A DNA stretch of 64,000 bases from positions 10,330-74,329 of the forward strand of contig JADGNG010000070.1 of assembly GCA_017883585.1 (NCBI GenBank). Reading direction: 5' to 3'. This DNA is from Candidatus Bathyarchaeota archaeon. GTDB taxonomy: Archaea > Thermoproteota > Bathyarchaeia > TCS64. Below the pieces are notes generated by a model that ran no database searches, was not told the DNA's origin, and was given only the letters and a program-made list of their open reading frames with translations. Below are positions 9,908-19,311 of this stretch, piece by piece. How positions within the stretch are numbered: the stretch's first letter is position 1; each line of letters begins with the position of its first letter. A program made the translations under genes and the position numbers.

Positions 9908-10279
9908 TCACCCCTCCGTGTTCCCCATGAACCACTTTAAACCCGCCTCGTTGTTCTCCCTGCTCTTTTCGGTGAGGGTCACAACCGTCCCGTCGCCCTC
10001 CCTGGGGGTGAGCGTCATCTCAACGAGCAGCTCCTTCCCGTCTACCTCCCAGTAATAGGAGATATACCTGTCCTCCTCAATCTTCCCGACGCGAATCGGA
10101 AACGCCATGTCGAACTCGGGGAAGCGCCACGTAATCTTTTTACGGTTCTCCATCCTCCCGCTGCCATTCGAGATGAAATAGTGAGACATTTTCTCAGGGT
10201 CAACTATAGCCTCGAAGACCTCGTGCGCAGACTTTTAGATCTGGAGCGCCACCTTGATCTCTAATGGTTAATTTTTCAT
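9908..10279 (-). pseudogene. SRPBCC (AHSA1/START-like) family gene disrupted by two in-frame TAA codons
   Basis: The tracked ORF 9908..10189 starts mid-domain at MSHYFIS. Extending 90 nt upstream in the same frame gives MKN*PLEIKVALQI*KSAHEVFEAIVDPEK-MSHYF, the canonical SRPBCC N-terminus. The stops are at 10268-10270 and 10235-10237 (minus strand TAA). Confidence 0.55.
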
Positions 10280-10455
10280 ATGTTCGGCCTCAGCTGATTT
10301 AATCTGGTTTATTGCTTGATATATTACTCGTGCCCAGTCCGGTGATCAAAACCGAGAGATTTGGCGTATGATCCCATCGTGGACTAGTATTTGTTGGGCA
10401 TCGGATACGTTTAGTTAAATCAGCCTTTTATTCTCGATGCGAGCATCAACGTCGA

Positions 10456-11694
10456 GTGAGCTCCTTGAATAAACAGAGACAAACAGGCCTCTTCATACTG
10501 GCCACAATCAGCGTCACGTACCTCATCGAGAACTTCCTAAGGAGTGCGGCTTCTGCACTAACCCCAGTCCTGATCAATGAACTTAGCATAACACGCGGAG
10601 CGATGGGCTTTCTCATCACAGGTTACTTCTTGATCTACGGTGTCATGCAGTTTCCAGCCGGGTTCCTAGCTAACATCCTGGGGCCGAGGAAATCCATCGT
10701 AGGGTTCACTGCTCTAACCTGCGTGGGCAGCATCCTATTTTGGGCTAGCTATAGGTATGAGCTCCTCTTCGCGGCCCAGTTCATCATGGGGGTGGGTACG
10801 AGCGTCTTCTACATCAACGCAGTGACTCTAATCAGCCGTTGGTTCCCCGTCAACAGGAGGGCTACGGCGATCGGCGTTTTGAGTGCGAGCAGCGGCGTAG
10901 GCGCCTTCGCAAGCTACATGGGGCTTCCACTCGCAGTTACCCTCTGGGGAGACTGGAGAACCCTCTACCTAGTGATGTTAGTAGTCCTAGTCGTGAACTG
11001 GGGGATGAACTTCTTCATACTCAAAGACGGCCCACAGAGCCTCGAAGTACCCCCAAGGACCGGGCTAAACATCAAGGGATCTATAAGCAAGGTCCTCCAC
11101 ACCCAAAACTTCTACCCGCCTCTCATCGGCTTCACTATGACGGGCTTCACCTTCGTGATCTACAACTGGATTAACCAGTTACTAATCGAGGATAAGGGAC
11201 TAACCTACATCGAGGCCGGGACTGTTAGCAGCCTCGGGACGGTTGCTGGTTTCATTGGGTGCCTCCTGATTGGGATAATCAGCGATAAGCTCAAGCGGAG
11301 GAAGCTGCCGGTCATCTTCTTCCTCAGCACCAACCTCCTACTCCTCTGCGGACTCATCTTCCTCCCCGCTAATCTATCAGTCGCAGTCTATACCGCGGTT
11401 TGGTTCGCTATGGGAATATGCGGCAGCATCTGGATACTCTTCTTCAGCATAGTCAGCGAGGTGCTACCACTCGAGGTGGCAGGGATAGGTTTAGGAGTAA
11501 TGAACGGACTAAGCACGATCCTCTCGAGCCTTGCGACCCCAATCTACGGCAGCCTAGTGGATATCCTAGGCAGTTATTTCATACCCAACCTAATCTGTCT
11601 AGGGCTCGGCATCCTCACGGTCATAACCCTGGTATTGATCATGAAGGAGACTTACGGGATATCAGCCACACGCTCACAACCATCACACAGATAA
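10456..11694 (+). CDS. MFS transporter
   Basis: 412 aa with about 12 hydrophobic spans and MFS loop motifs (ANILGPRKS, SRWFPVNRRATAIG). Confidence 0.85.
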   Translation: MSSLNKQRQTGLFILATISVTYLIENFLRSAASALTPVLINELSITRGAMGFLITGYFLIYGVMQFPAGFLANILGPRKSIVGFTALTCVGSILFWASYRYELLFAAQFIMGVGTSVFYINAVTLISRWFPVNRRATAIGVLSASSGVGAFASYMGLPLAVTLWGDWRTLYLVMLVVLVVNWGMNFFILKDGPQSLEVPPRTGLNIKGSISKVLHTQNFYPPLIGFTMTGFTFVIYNWINQLLIEDKGLTYIEAGTVSSLGTVAGFIGCLLIGIISDKLKRRKLPVIFFLSTNLLLLCGLIFLPANLSVAVYTAVWFAMGICGSIWILFFSIVSEVLPLEVAGIGLGVMNGLSTILSSLATPIYGSLVDILGSYFIPNLICLGLGILTVITLVLIMKETYGISATRSQPSHR

Positions 11695-11778
11695 TTACCA
11701 ACGGGTATCATCTAGTCTGTCATAGTTGATTCAAGCTATCTAGGCAATCTTCTAAAATAGGAGGGACCTTTAGTTGAG

Positions 11779-12753
11779 GTGAAACTCATGAATTCCTCAG
11801 AGATCAAAGCGTTAGTGGACGGAACGCCCGTCGAGGCGTACCTACAGGTTAGAACAAAGTCTCTAAGAGTCGTCGCAACTGGCAGGGGAGAGATATTCTC
11901 CGGTGACCTAGGTGACAACTCGAGTGAGATCAAGTTCGCAGCCTTTAGTGGCTCGACTATTAATTGTAAGGAGCTCGACGACTCGATCGCTCTCGGCTCA
12001 ATCGTTCAGGTGAAGGGAATAAAGAATACCCATCAGGGCTACCCCCAGATCGTAGTCAGCAGCAGGGACGGAGGCTCGATGCACACCGCCCTACCAGGGG
12101 AATACGACCTCTCAAACTTCGTACCCAAAACGAATCAGGACGTTGAAGCCATGTGGGGTTACGTCACAAGTCTACTCGCCACAATCAAGGACCCCTCGCT
12201 CAAGTCTCTCGTTGAATCGTTCATCTCGGACACCGCTTTCATGGGCAAGTTCAAGCTCTTCTACGGGGCCAGGATGTTCCACCACTCATGCGCCGGCGGG
12301 CTACTTGAGCACACGTGGGAAGTGCTTCAGTATTGTGAACTCGCCTGCAGGATCCACCCCTCACTCGACCGGGATCTCGTCTACGCCGGAGCCTTCCTAC
12401 ACGACGTCGGGGTTCTGAGGGAGAACTCCGAGCCACTCGGCATGTCAGAGAGTAAAGAGGGTTTCATGTTGGGACACGTCTACCTATCTTCGGAGACTGT
12501 CTCTAGCAGGATCTCATCTATCCCAGGGTTCCCAGAGGCGACCCGTGTGAAGCTGCTGAACCTTATCATGAGCCACCAAGAGAAGGAGAAGCAGGATTCA
12601 GATTTCTACCAGAGGACACCAGAAGCCGCGGCCGTGATGTGTGCCGACGCTTTCGGCTCCAGGGTTTCCCAGTACATCAGGGTGAAGAAGGACTCGGCAG
12701 GCGCAGACTGGAGGGCTCACAGGGCTCCAATCGGTGGAGTATACACGGAGTAA
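11779..12753 (+). CDS. OB-fold + HD-domain phosphohydrolase (YhaM-like 3'-5' exoribonuclease architecture)
   Basis: N-terminal OB-like segment (VQVKGIKNTHQGYPQIVV), then an HD domain (HHSCAGGLLEHTWEV...GAFLHDVG). Confidence 0.7.
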   Translation: MKLMNSSEIKALVDGTPVEAYLQVRTKSLRVVATGRGEIFSGDLGDNSSEIKFAAFSGSTINCKELDDSIALGSIVQVKGIKNTHQGYPQIVVSSRDGGSMHTALPGEYDLSNFVPKTNQDVEAMWGYVTSLLATIKDPSLKSLVESFISDTAFMGKFKLFYGARMFHHSCAGGLLEHTWEVLQYCELACRIHPSLDRDLVYAGAFLHDVGVLRENSEPLGMSESKEGFMLGHVYLSSETVSSRISSIPGFPEATRVKLLNLIMSHQEKEKQDSDFYQRTPEAAAVMCADAFGSRVSQYIRVKKDSAGADWRAHRAPIGGVYTE

Positions 12754-12862
12754 CCGTCCAAAGAAACGTGCGGGAATCTGTATTTTCATTAAGCCATTCT
12801 TCAAGTCCTCAATGACTTGGAAAATATATCTCGCGTCTAAGGAAAGAAAAAAAGAGCAGGTT

Positions 12863-13891
12863 CTACAACTCGTAGACCGTGCCGGGGACCTTGGGGAACG
12901 GCTGAGTCTCGCCGATGTGCTTCGCTCCGGTTATCCAGCCCACTATTCGCTCGATACCTATGCCTGCGCCCGCTGTGGGCTTAACCCGCCCCTCCTTCGC
13001 TAGCTTCAGTATAAGCGCGAAGTTCTCCTTCCTTACATTCTCCCGATCCATCTTCGCGAGCATCTTCTCGTATTCGCACTCCCTCCTGGAGCCTGAGAGC
13101 ACCTCGCCGTAGCCCGGCATCATGAGGTCGTAGTTGTCCCACCTACCCGAATCGAAGTCTTCGAAGTCGTAGAACTCCCTGGGGATGTTTATAACCCAGG
13201 TGGGTTCCTTGATCTCGCCAACGAGTTTCGCCTCCCAGTCGGAGCCGTACTCCTCCTCCAGCTTCGCCGCGTCGTATGTGGCGAAAGGCCTCTTTGTTAC
13301 TTTAAGAGCGTCGTACCTACCGAGGAGTCTAAGGTCCTCTCCTCCATCCTTCTTCAGGCTCTCGACGAGCCCACTGACGGCGTCTTCGACGAGTCTCATG
13401 ATGTCGGATGACGTGGCTCCTCTTGCCTCGAAGTCCAACTGGGTGAACTCGTAGACGTGTCTCCCCGTCCTCGCGCGCTCTGCCTTCTCGATCCTGATAT
13501 TCGGGGAAAGGATGAACAACTTAGGGTAGGCGAGGGATGAGGCTATGAGCTTGTGAACAATCATGCTCGAGGTCGTGCGGACCGTCTCGCCATAGATGTC
13601 AACCTCGATCCTTTTGTCTATAGACGCCCCCGGGTCTGGCCACAATGGGTCCGTCGACCTCGAGAGAGCTACGGGGAGTAGCCACTGGAAGCCGTTGACT
13701 GTGAAGTAATTGGTCATATTGCTGAGTGTGTAAGTCATGACCCTGCCGATGCAGGATTTTCTGTCAAGCTCTACATCTGAGAGCTGATCAAGTGGCTTCG
13801 GAATATCAAGTGCTATTGGGCTTTCGTTTGTTGTTTGCTCGGTCTTCAATTGTGCTTCCTCTCGTGTTCTGAGGGTTTGTCCCGTCCGCAA
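12863..13891 (-). CDS. asnA: archaeal asparagine synthetase A (class II aaRS catalytic-core paralog lacking an anticodon-binding domain)
   Basis: Class II motifs LFILSPNIRIE (motif 1 region), YEFTQLDFE (motif 2) and AGAGIGIERIV (motif 3). The length and order match AsnA-type AsnRS paralogs. The true start is probably downstream of the first Met. Confidence 0.8.
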   Translation of the reverse strand: MRTGQTLRTREEAQLKTEQTTNESPIALDIPKPLDQLSDVELDRKSCIGRVMTYTLSNMTNYFTVNGFQWLLPVALSRSTDPLWPDPGASIDKRIEVDIYGETVRTTSSMIVHKLIASSLAYPKLFILSPNIRIEKAERARTGRHVYEFTQLDFEARGATSSDIMRLVEDAVSGLVESLKKDGGEDLRLLGRYDALKVTKRPFATYDAAKLEEEYGSDWEAKLVGEIKEPTWVINIPREFYDFEDFDSGRWDNYDLMMPGYGEVLSGSRRECEYEKMLAKMDRENVRKENFALILKLAKEGRVKPTAGAGIGIERIVGWITGAKHIGETQPFPKVPGTVYEL

Positions 13892-14055
13892 TACGTTGTC
13901 GAGGCTAATAAATTTATTATGAAAATAATCATGAATATTACAAATAATCTACTAGATTAAGTTTTAAATTCGTAATTATTACCGATTATCTTAAAGAATC
14001 CTGTAACACTGTAGCATGACTTAAATGGTGGTTTCACCCAAAATTGACGTGTGCT

Positions 14056-15195
14056 TTATTTTGACTCCTCTTTGAGGAGTTCTTCTAGGTCATGGTACTC
14101 CATCTTCTGGCAAGCGGCTCCTTCCCTGTGGACGAAGTTTCCGTTGACAATGTTCAGTCCCGTCTTGAGCACCGCGTTCTCCTTAACCGCCTTCACCCAT
14201 CCCTTGTTGGCGACATCCTTCACGTAGGGTAGGATGGCGTTCGAGAGTGCCTGGGAGGCGGTTCTTGGCACCGCACCGGGGACGTTGGGTACGCAGTAGT
14301 GGATGACGCCGTCGCAGGTGAAGGTGGGGTGGTCATGGTGCGTCTCCTGGCAGGTCTCGATAGGGCCGTCTGGATCACAGCCTATGTCGACTATGACGGA
14401 ACCCGGCTTCATCTTGCCCACCATCTCCTTCGTGACGATCCTCTTCCTCGTCCTGAGGGGGTTGAAGAATACGCCGTTGATGACGAGGTCGGCCTTTTTA
14501 ATGCTCTCCTCTACGTTGTGCCTATCGGAGACGAGAGTAGTGACCTTACCCTCGAAGATGTCGTTCAGCTCGTTAAGGCGCTTGACATTGACGTCGAGGA
14601 TGGTGACGTTTGCACTAAGACCGACAGCCGCCTTCGCAGCGCCTGTGCCGACTGATCCTCCGCCTATGATAACGACCTCGGCTGGTCTGCACCCCGCCAT
14701 TCTACCGATCATTACGCCTTCCCCACCGAGATGCGACTGAAGGTGGTATGCGCCCATTATGACGCCGTTGTGGCCTGCTATCTCACTCATGGGAGCGAGG
14801 AGTGGGGTCAGTCCGTTTGCCTGAACAGTGTCATAACTGAAGGCGGTGACCTTTGCTTTGATGAGTGCCTCAGCGAACACGCGCTTCGAGCCGAGAAGAC
14901 CCTCGGTAAAGTGGAGGTAGGCCATAATCATCGTTCCCTCCTTGAGGAGGGTGTACTCCTTGGGGAGTATCTCCTTGACCTTGACGATGAGGTCTGACTC
15001 GAATATCTTCTCGTGGCTGCTCTCTATCTCAGCACCGGCCCGTTCGTACTCCTCGTTCGAGAAGCCGCTGGCGACCCCAGCGTCCTTCTCGACTATCACT
15101 CGGTGCCCGTTCTCCTTCAGTGCTTCAACTGCTTGGGGTGTGAGAGCCACCCGGTTCTCACCTGACTTGACCTCACTAGGGACTCCAATTATCAT
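14056..15195 (-). CDS. ald: alanine dehydrogenase
   Basis: MIIGVPSEVKSGENRVALTP... N-terminus and a VVIIGGGSVGTGAAK NAD-binding motif. The 379 aa length is typical of Ald. Confidence 0.9.
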   Translation of the reverse strand: MIIGVPSEVKSGENRVALTPQAVEALKENGHRVIVEKDAGVASGFSNEEYERAGAEIESSHEKIFESDLIVKVKEILPKEYTLLKEGTMIMAYLHFTEGLLGSKRVFAEALIKAKVTAFSYDTVQANGLTPLLAPMSEIAGHNGVIMGAYHLQSHLGGEGVMIGRMAGCRPAEVVIIGGGSVGTGAAKAAVGLSANVTILDVNVKRLNELNDIFEGKVTTLVSDRHNVEESIKKADLVINGVFFNPLRTRKRIVTKEMVGKMKPGSVIVDIGCDPDGPIETCQETHHDHPTFTCDGVIHYCVPNVPGAVPRTASQALSNAILPYVKDVANKGWVKAVKENAVLKTGLNIVNGNFVHREGAACQKMEYHDLEELLKEESK

Positions 15196-15301
15196 GAGTT
15201 GTCTGTACGGTCAGTTTCTCTATCTCATATATAGCGTGTATGTTTGTGGGCGCAGAAGTAATATCTTGATTCAAACGAACAACCAAAAACTCAGGTCCAA
15301 T

Positions 15302-16672
15302 TTACCGGATTGCCCTCATGAGGACGCCCACATCCTCCAATTTCTCCAGTCCCATTATCAATTTCATCGACTCCTCAGTATTATTCTTTGTTAAGCCACT
15401 CCACTCAGCACACTCTCTGTATTTTTCGATGAGCTCCTTCTCTGTCATCGGGTTTTCGGGCGTCCCCTTGGGTGGGAAGTAGACGGTGTCGAAAGATCGC
15501 CCGTTCCTCGTCTTCACGATTACCCTAACCTTTGAGGATGGGTACTCCATCTCTGGATCGGGGACAAGCATTACCCTCTTTACCAGTTCCCTGGATCTCG
15601 GGTCCCTGATCTTCTCCTCGGTGAACTGAGGCAGCCCCAGCCTGCGGTCGAGGATCGCTCTCGCCATCCAGTACTCCATACTAAACTTGGCCTCAAGCCC
15701 AGTAACTGGATCGTGGTACATTAGTAACTCTGAGTACTTCGGCCGGAGGTGACACTCGATAGACTCTACTACCTCGGGCTCCAGGTCGTGCTTCTCGACA
15801 AGAGATAATATTCCCTCGACGCCTCCCACACCTCCCCCGCATATGGGGTACATCTTCAGGTTGATTCCCCTCGCTACCGTGGGTTCCATGATCCCCCAAG
15901 GGTCCCCGAGGCCACTCACCTTTCCCAGATCATATCGGTCTGTGGAGACCTTCAGATACCCGAGCCTCCCGTCAAGGGCAGTCCTCGAGCTTGTTAACCC
16001 CTCCTCTGCGAGCAAGGCGGCGTTTATACCATTCTCATTAGCCCTGCCAGCGTGGAATGACTTGCAGTGAGTCCCGAACTGCTCCTGGAACCCACCCGCT
16101 TCCGAGGCCGCTATCCCCAGCGCGTTCGTCATCTGATCCACATCGAGGCCTAGCAGCTTCCCCGCGGCCGCCGTGGCCCCCAGGGTCCCAATCGTCCCCG
16201 TGGAGTGCCACCCCTTCGCGTAGTGGTTCCCAGACGTCACCAAAGCGTCGCCCAGCTTCCACTGGACTTCTGTCCCCACCATATACGCCGTCAACGCGTC
16301 CTCACCTGACAGCCCAGCGGCCTCACAAATGGCGAGTATAGCAGGCAGGATGACCACGGTGCCGTGTCCCACGAACATCTGGTTGGTGTCATCGTAGTCG
16401 AGGACGTGGCCGAACACACCATTAGCGAAGGCTGCCTGTGGCACCGAGGCCTTGACTCCGAGGCCGATCACCGTCGCATCATCCCTGCCAGGAACCCTCC
16501 TCAGGTACCCTGCGATAGGTTTCCTAATCGGCTCAGCTGAGCCTGCTATGGCTGCACCGAAGCAGTCAAGGATGCACTGCTTCGCCTTGGTTATCGCCTT
16601 CTCCGGAATGTCCCTGTACTCAACGTCGCAGACGAATCCAGCGAGCTTCTCTGTGAGAGTATTTTCCCCCAT
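15302..16672 (-). CDS. MmgE/PrpD family protein (2-methylcitrate dehydratase-like)
   Basis: 456 aa. DCFGAAIAGS, HVLDYDDT and GWHSTGTIGTLGA are signature PrpD-fold motifs. Confidence 0.9.
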   Translation of the reverse strand: MGENTLTEKLAGFVCDVEYRDIPEKAITKAKQCILDCFGAAIAGSAEPIRKPIAGYLRRVPGRDDATVIGLGVKASVPQAAFANGVFGHVLDYDDTNQMFVGHGTVVILPAILAICEAAGLSGEDALTAYMVGTEVQWKLGDALVTSGNHYAKGWHSTGTIGTLGATAAAGKLLGLDVDQMTNALGIAASEAGGFQEQFGTHCKSFHAGRANENGINAALLAEEGLTSSRTALDGRLGYLKVSTDRYDLGKVSGLGDPWGIMEPTVARGINLKMYPICGGGVGGVEGILSLVEKHDLEPEVVESIECHLRPKYSELLMYHDPVTGLEAKFSMEYWMARAILDRRLGLPQFTEEKIRDPRSRELVKRVMLVPDPEMEYPSSKVRVIVKTRNGRSFDTVYFPPKGTPENPMTEKELIEKYRECAEWSGLTKNNTEESMKLIMGLEKLEDVGVLMRAIR

Positions 16673-16749
16673 AATAGCACTCCGATGAATAAGAAATTGC
16701 GATTAGAAGGTAAAACCTTGCATCAAACGATTAGGGGGTAATGAAAGGG

Positions 16750-17586
16750 TTACCTGCCCTTGAATTCGGTCTTCTTACCATGGATCAAGTCTGACAGTCC
16801 CTGTTTGGCGTCGTCTGTTTCCCAGACTATGTTCGAGGCCTCTAACTCCTTTGCACGCGCCTCCGCGAGGTGGGAGTAGATGGTATTTCGGACACACTCT
16901 TTGAAGTACTTCGCTGCGATGGGGGCGGCGGTGGACATCTTCTTTGCGATGGCGAGGCCAATCTCGTCGACCTGGTCATCCGGCACGACCTTGCTGACGA
17001 GACCTAGCTCGTATGCCTGTTTTCCCGTGAAGCCCTCGTTGAGGAACATGTAGTCCATCACCTTGTTCCTGCCGATCCAGATCGGCAGTCGTAGGCTGCA
17101 CATCCCCCAAGATCCGACTATTCCGTAATAGATGTCGCCGTCGTGTATGTTGAAGGTCTCACCGACTATCCTGATGTCGAAGGCGCTGAAGACCGCGGAG
17201 GAGCCTCCGAATATGATTCCGCGTGCCGCGACGAGGGTCGGCTTCGGATAAGTATCGATCCGCTCTACGATCCTACCCCCGAGCTCTGAAAAAGGGGTAT
17301 CGGTGACACCACCCACTATGTCTTTGTCGAGGTCCTCGAAGCCAGCGCCCTGAGAGAAGTTCGGACCTGTGCTCTTCATCATGACCGCACGGATCCCGTC
17401 ATCCTTCTCGAATATGGCGAGGCAGTCGAGTACTTCCACGATCATCTTCTTGCTGAAGCCGTTCATCGGCGGGGCATCGATCGTGATGACGCCAACGCGC
17501 TCCTCTCTACTCACCTTTATCTGATTGTAATTCATAGTCGTACCCTTTCTCAATGGAGCGGAGGCCTTTAAAGAAGTTCGCATCAA
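16750..17586 (-). CDS. enoyl-CoA hydratase/isomerase (crotonase) family protein
   Basis: Crotonase fold: ERVGVITIDAPPMN, FSQGAGFEDL and PTLVAARGIIFGGS. The likely true start is the internal MNYNQIKV. Confidence 0.85.
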   Translation of the reverse strand: MMRTSLKASAPLRKGTTMNYNQIKVSREERVGVITIDAPPMNGFSKKMIVEVLDCLAIFEKDDGIRAVMMKSTGPNFSQGAGFEDLDKDIVGGVTDTPFSELGGRIVERIDTYPKPTLVAARGIIFGGSSAVFSAFDIRIVGETFNIHDGDIYYGIVGSWGMCSLRLPIWIGRNKVMDYMFLNEGFTGKQAYELGLVSKVVPDDQVDEIGLAIAKKMSTAAPIAAKYFKECVRNTIYSHLAEARAKELEASNIVWETDDAKQGLSDLIHGKKTEFKGR

Positions 17587-17715
17587 TCACCGAGCATGTA
17601 TGATGGAGAAATTTCTCGCAACCCTAAGAGGTGTCAACTTTTTTTCGTGGGCTACATCTTAGTTTGTTACAGCGAGGGCCAGTGACCCCCACAGAAAAAG
17701 GCTCGAATAAATGGG

Positions 17716-18033
17716 CTACTCGGTCTTCGCCTGGACTACCTCGAGCGCGAGGGTGCCCCCCTTCTCGAACCTCACAGTCAGCGTCTGGAAGAGGGTCTGG
17801 AATATTCTGATCTTCCCATAACGCTTCTCCCTGACGAGGCCGAGCTTCACGAGCTTCGTGAGGTGCCTCTCGACACTCGTGTAGTTAAGCCCGGTGCGGC
17901 GGCTCACCTCGCTTATATTGAGCTCACCACTCTCAGCGAGCACCTGGAGGGTCCTCACCCGCCCCCGGCTGCCGAGGAGCTCCTCCGCTTGGGCCCTACT
18001 TCTGCTCAAGGCCCCTGAGCACCTCCCTCTCAA
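17716..18033 (-). CDS. ArsR-like winged-helix transcriptional regulator
   Basis: RVRTLQVLAESGELNISEVSRRTGLNYTSVERHLTKLVKLGLVREKRYG is a classic HTH plus wing. The 5' end overlaps the orc1/cdc6 3' end by 38 nt, so the start is uncertain. Confidence 0.6.
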   Translation of the reverse strand: MRGRCSGALSRSRAQAEELLGSRGRVRTLQVLAESGELNISEVSRRTGLNYTSVERHLTKLVKLGLVREKRYGKIRIFQTLFQTLTVRFEKGGTLALEVVQAKTE

Positions 18034-19168
18034 GGTCCTCCGCCGAGACCTTCCCCAAGGTTATCAGCTGAGTGCGCCCCTGGCTCCCCGAGTCAACCTT
18101 CGACGTTATTATCCCCGTCGCCTTGAGACCCTCAAGATATTTCCAGAACTGGGTGTGAGCACGCGGCGTCTCCCCCCGCTCCTCGCAGGCGACCCTGTAT
18201 AGCTGCTCCACCTCCCCAGTCGTGGCGTGTGGGGACGTGCTGTTGCGGAAGAACCGTGCCACAGAGAGCAGGGTAAGCCTCTCGTGAAGGCTCAGGTGGT
18301 TCATCCCCTCCTTCTTCACCGGTGAGAGGACGTTGGACGAGACCTGGCGCACGTGCTCCGGCCTGACCTGCTGCGCCCCGTCCATCTCAGCCTTCTTCCC
18401 CGCCCCCCAGAGGAGGTCTATGGCGCAGCGGGCGTCCCCGTTCTCCGACGAGGCGAGCTCCGCTATAAAGTCCACGACCTCGAGTGGGATCGCTCCCTTC
18501 CTGAAAGCCGCCTCGGCACGCGCCGCCACGATGTCGGAGAGCTGTGGCGTCGAGTACTCGGGCATCTCTATGAGGTTTCTCTGGAGGCTGCTAAGTGTGC
18601 TCCTGTCGAGCTTCTCAAAGACCCCCCGGTCCTTCGTGATCATGAGGAGACTTAGCCTGCGTGGGGAGTCGGGCTGGGTTTCGTGTACGCGTGTGAGCTG
18701 ATAGAGGGCATCGCTCCCCTCAGTGTCTATTAGCGCGTCCACCTCGTCGAGGCAGAGGAGGAGCTGCCCGTTATCCTCCCCGAGTATCTGCATGAGTGTC
18801 TCCACCAGCTCATTCGGCGCGTAGCCCCTCTCGGGGAACTCGGGGCGCAGCGTCTTCACTACCCTGCGGAGGACCATGAAGAGGCTACCCCTGAGTTCCC
18901 TACAGTTAACGTGGACGTACTCGACCCTGAGCCGTTTCCTCTTCGCCTCGTCTCTAAGCCACTTGCCGAATAGGCGTGCGAGCGCCGTCTTCCCGGAGCC
19001 GACACCGCCCACGATGATGGCTCTCTGGCTCATCTCGTAGGGAGCTGAGAGTATGAAGTCGTAGGTGAGCCTGAGGGCGCGCATCTGCTCCTCCCTATGC
19101 AGCAGCCTAGGTGGGATGTAGTTGATGTCAAGTATGCCCTCGTCTACGATGAGTCTCTGGTCGCTCAA
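17996..19168 (-). CDS. cdc6: Orc1/Cdc6 family replication initiation protein
   Basis: TTG start. YIPPRLLHREEQ, Walker A GGVGSGKTA, Walker B LLLCLDEVD, and a C-terminal winged helix (HERLTLLSVARF...GIITSKV). Confidence 0.9.
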   Translation of the reverse strand: MSDQRLIVDEGILDINYIPPRLLHREEQMRALRLTYDFILSAPYEMSQRAIIVGGVGSGKTALARLFGKWLRDEAKRKRLRVEYVHVNCRELRGSLFMVLRRVVKTLRPEFPERGYAPNELVETLMQILGEDNGQLLLCLDEVDALIDTEGSDALYQLTRVHETQPDSPRRLSLLMITKDRGVFEKLDRSTLSSLQRNLIEMPEYSTPQLSDIVAARAEAAFRKGAIPLEVVDFIAELASSENGDARCAIDLLWGAGKKAEMDGAQQVRPEHVRQVSSNVLSPVKKEGMNHLSLHERLTLLSVARFFRNSTSPHATTGEVEQLYRVACEERGETPRAHTQFWKYLEGLKATGIITSKVDSGSQGRTQLITLGKVSAEDLEREVLRGLEQK

Positions 19169-19311
19169 GGATGGTCTCCCCCGTGAGGGGCTCCCCCGAT
19201 GCGGATTTATGCTTTACGTAGGTTCAAGCTGATCAACTGCGGAGAGGTGAGTGAAAGTGCCATCCTTGAAACCTTTAAACAGCTACCCACCAATAAAGAA
19301 ACGACCCGCCA

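Noticed and set aside
13892-14055. AT-rich 165-bp spacer between asnA and ald as a possible origin or mobile-element scar
   Set aside because: It is short and has only small palindromes such as AATAAATTTATT. It sits where the asnA promoter and ald terminator are expected, so nothing distinguishes it from an ordinary archaeal intergenic promoter region.
19169-19311. Possible replication origin directly upstream of orc1/cdc6
   Set aside because: The spacer is only 143 nt and is not AT-rich. It has no duplex-unwinding-type A/T run and no long ORB-like inverted repeats. Only two short CTCCCCCG copies are present, and these are reported as a low-interest finding.
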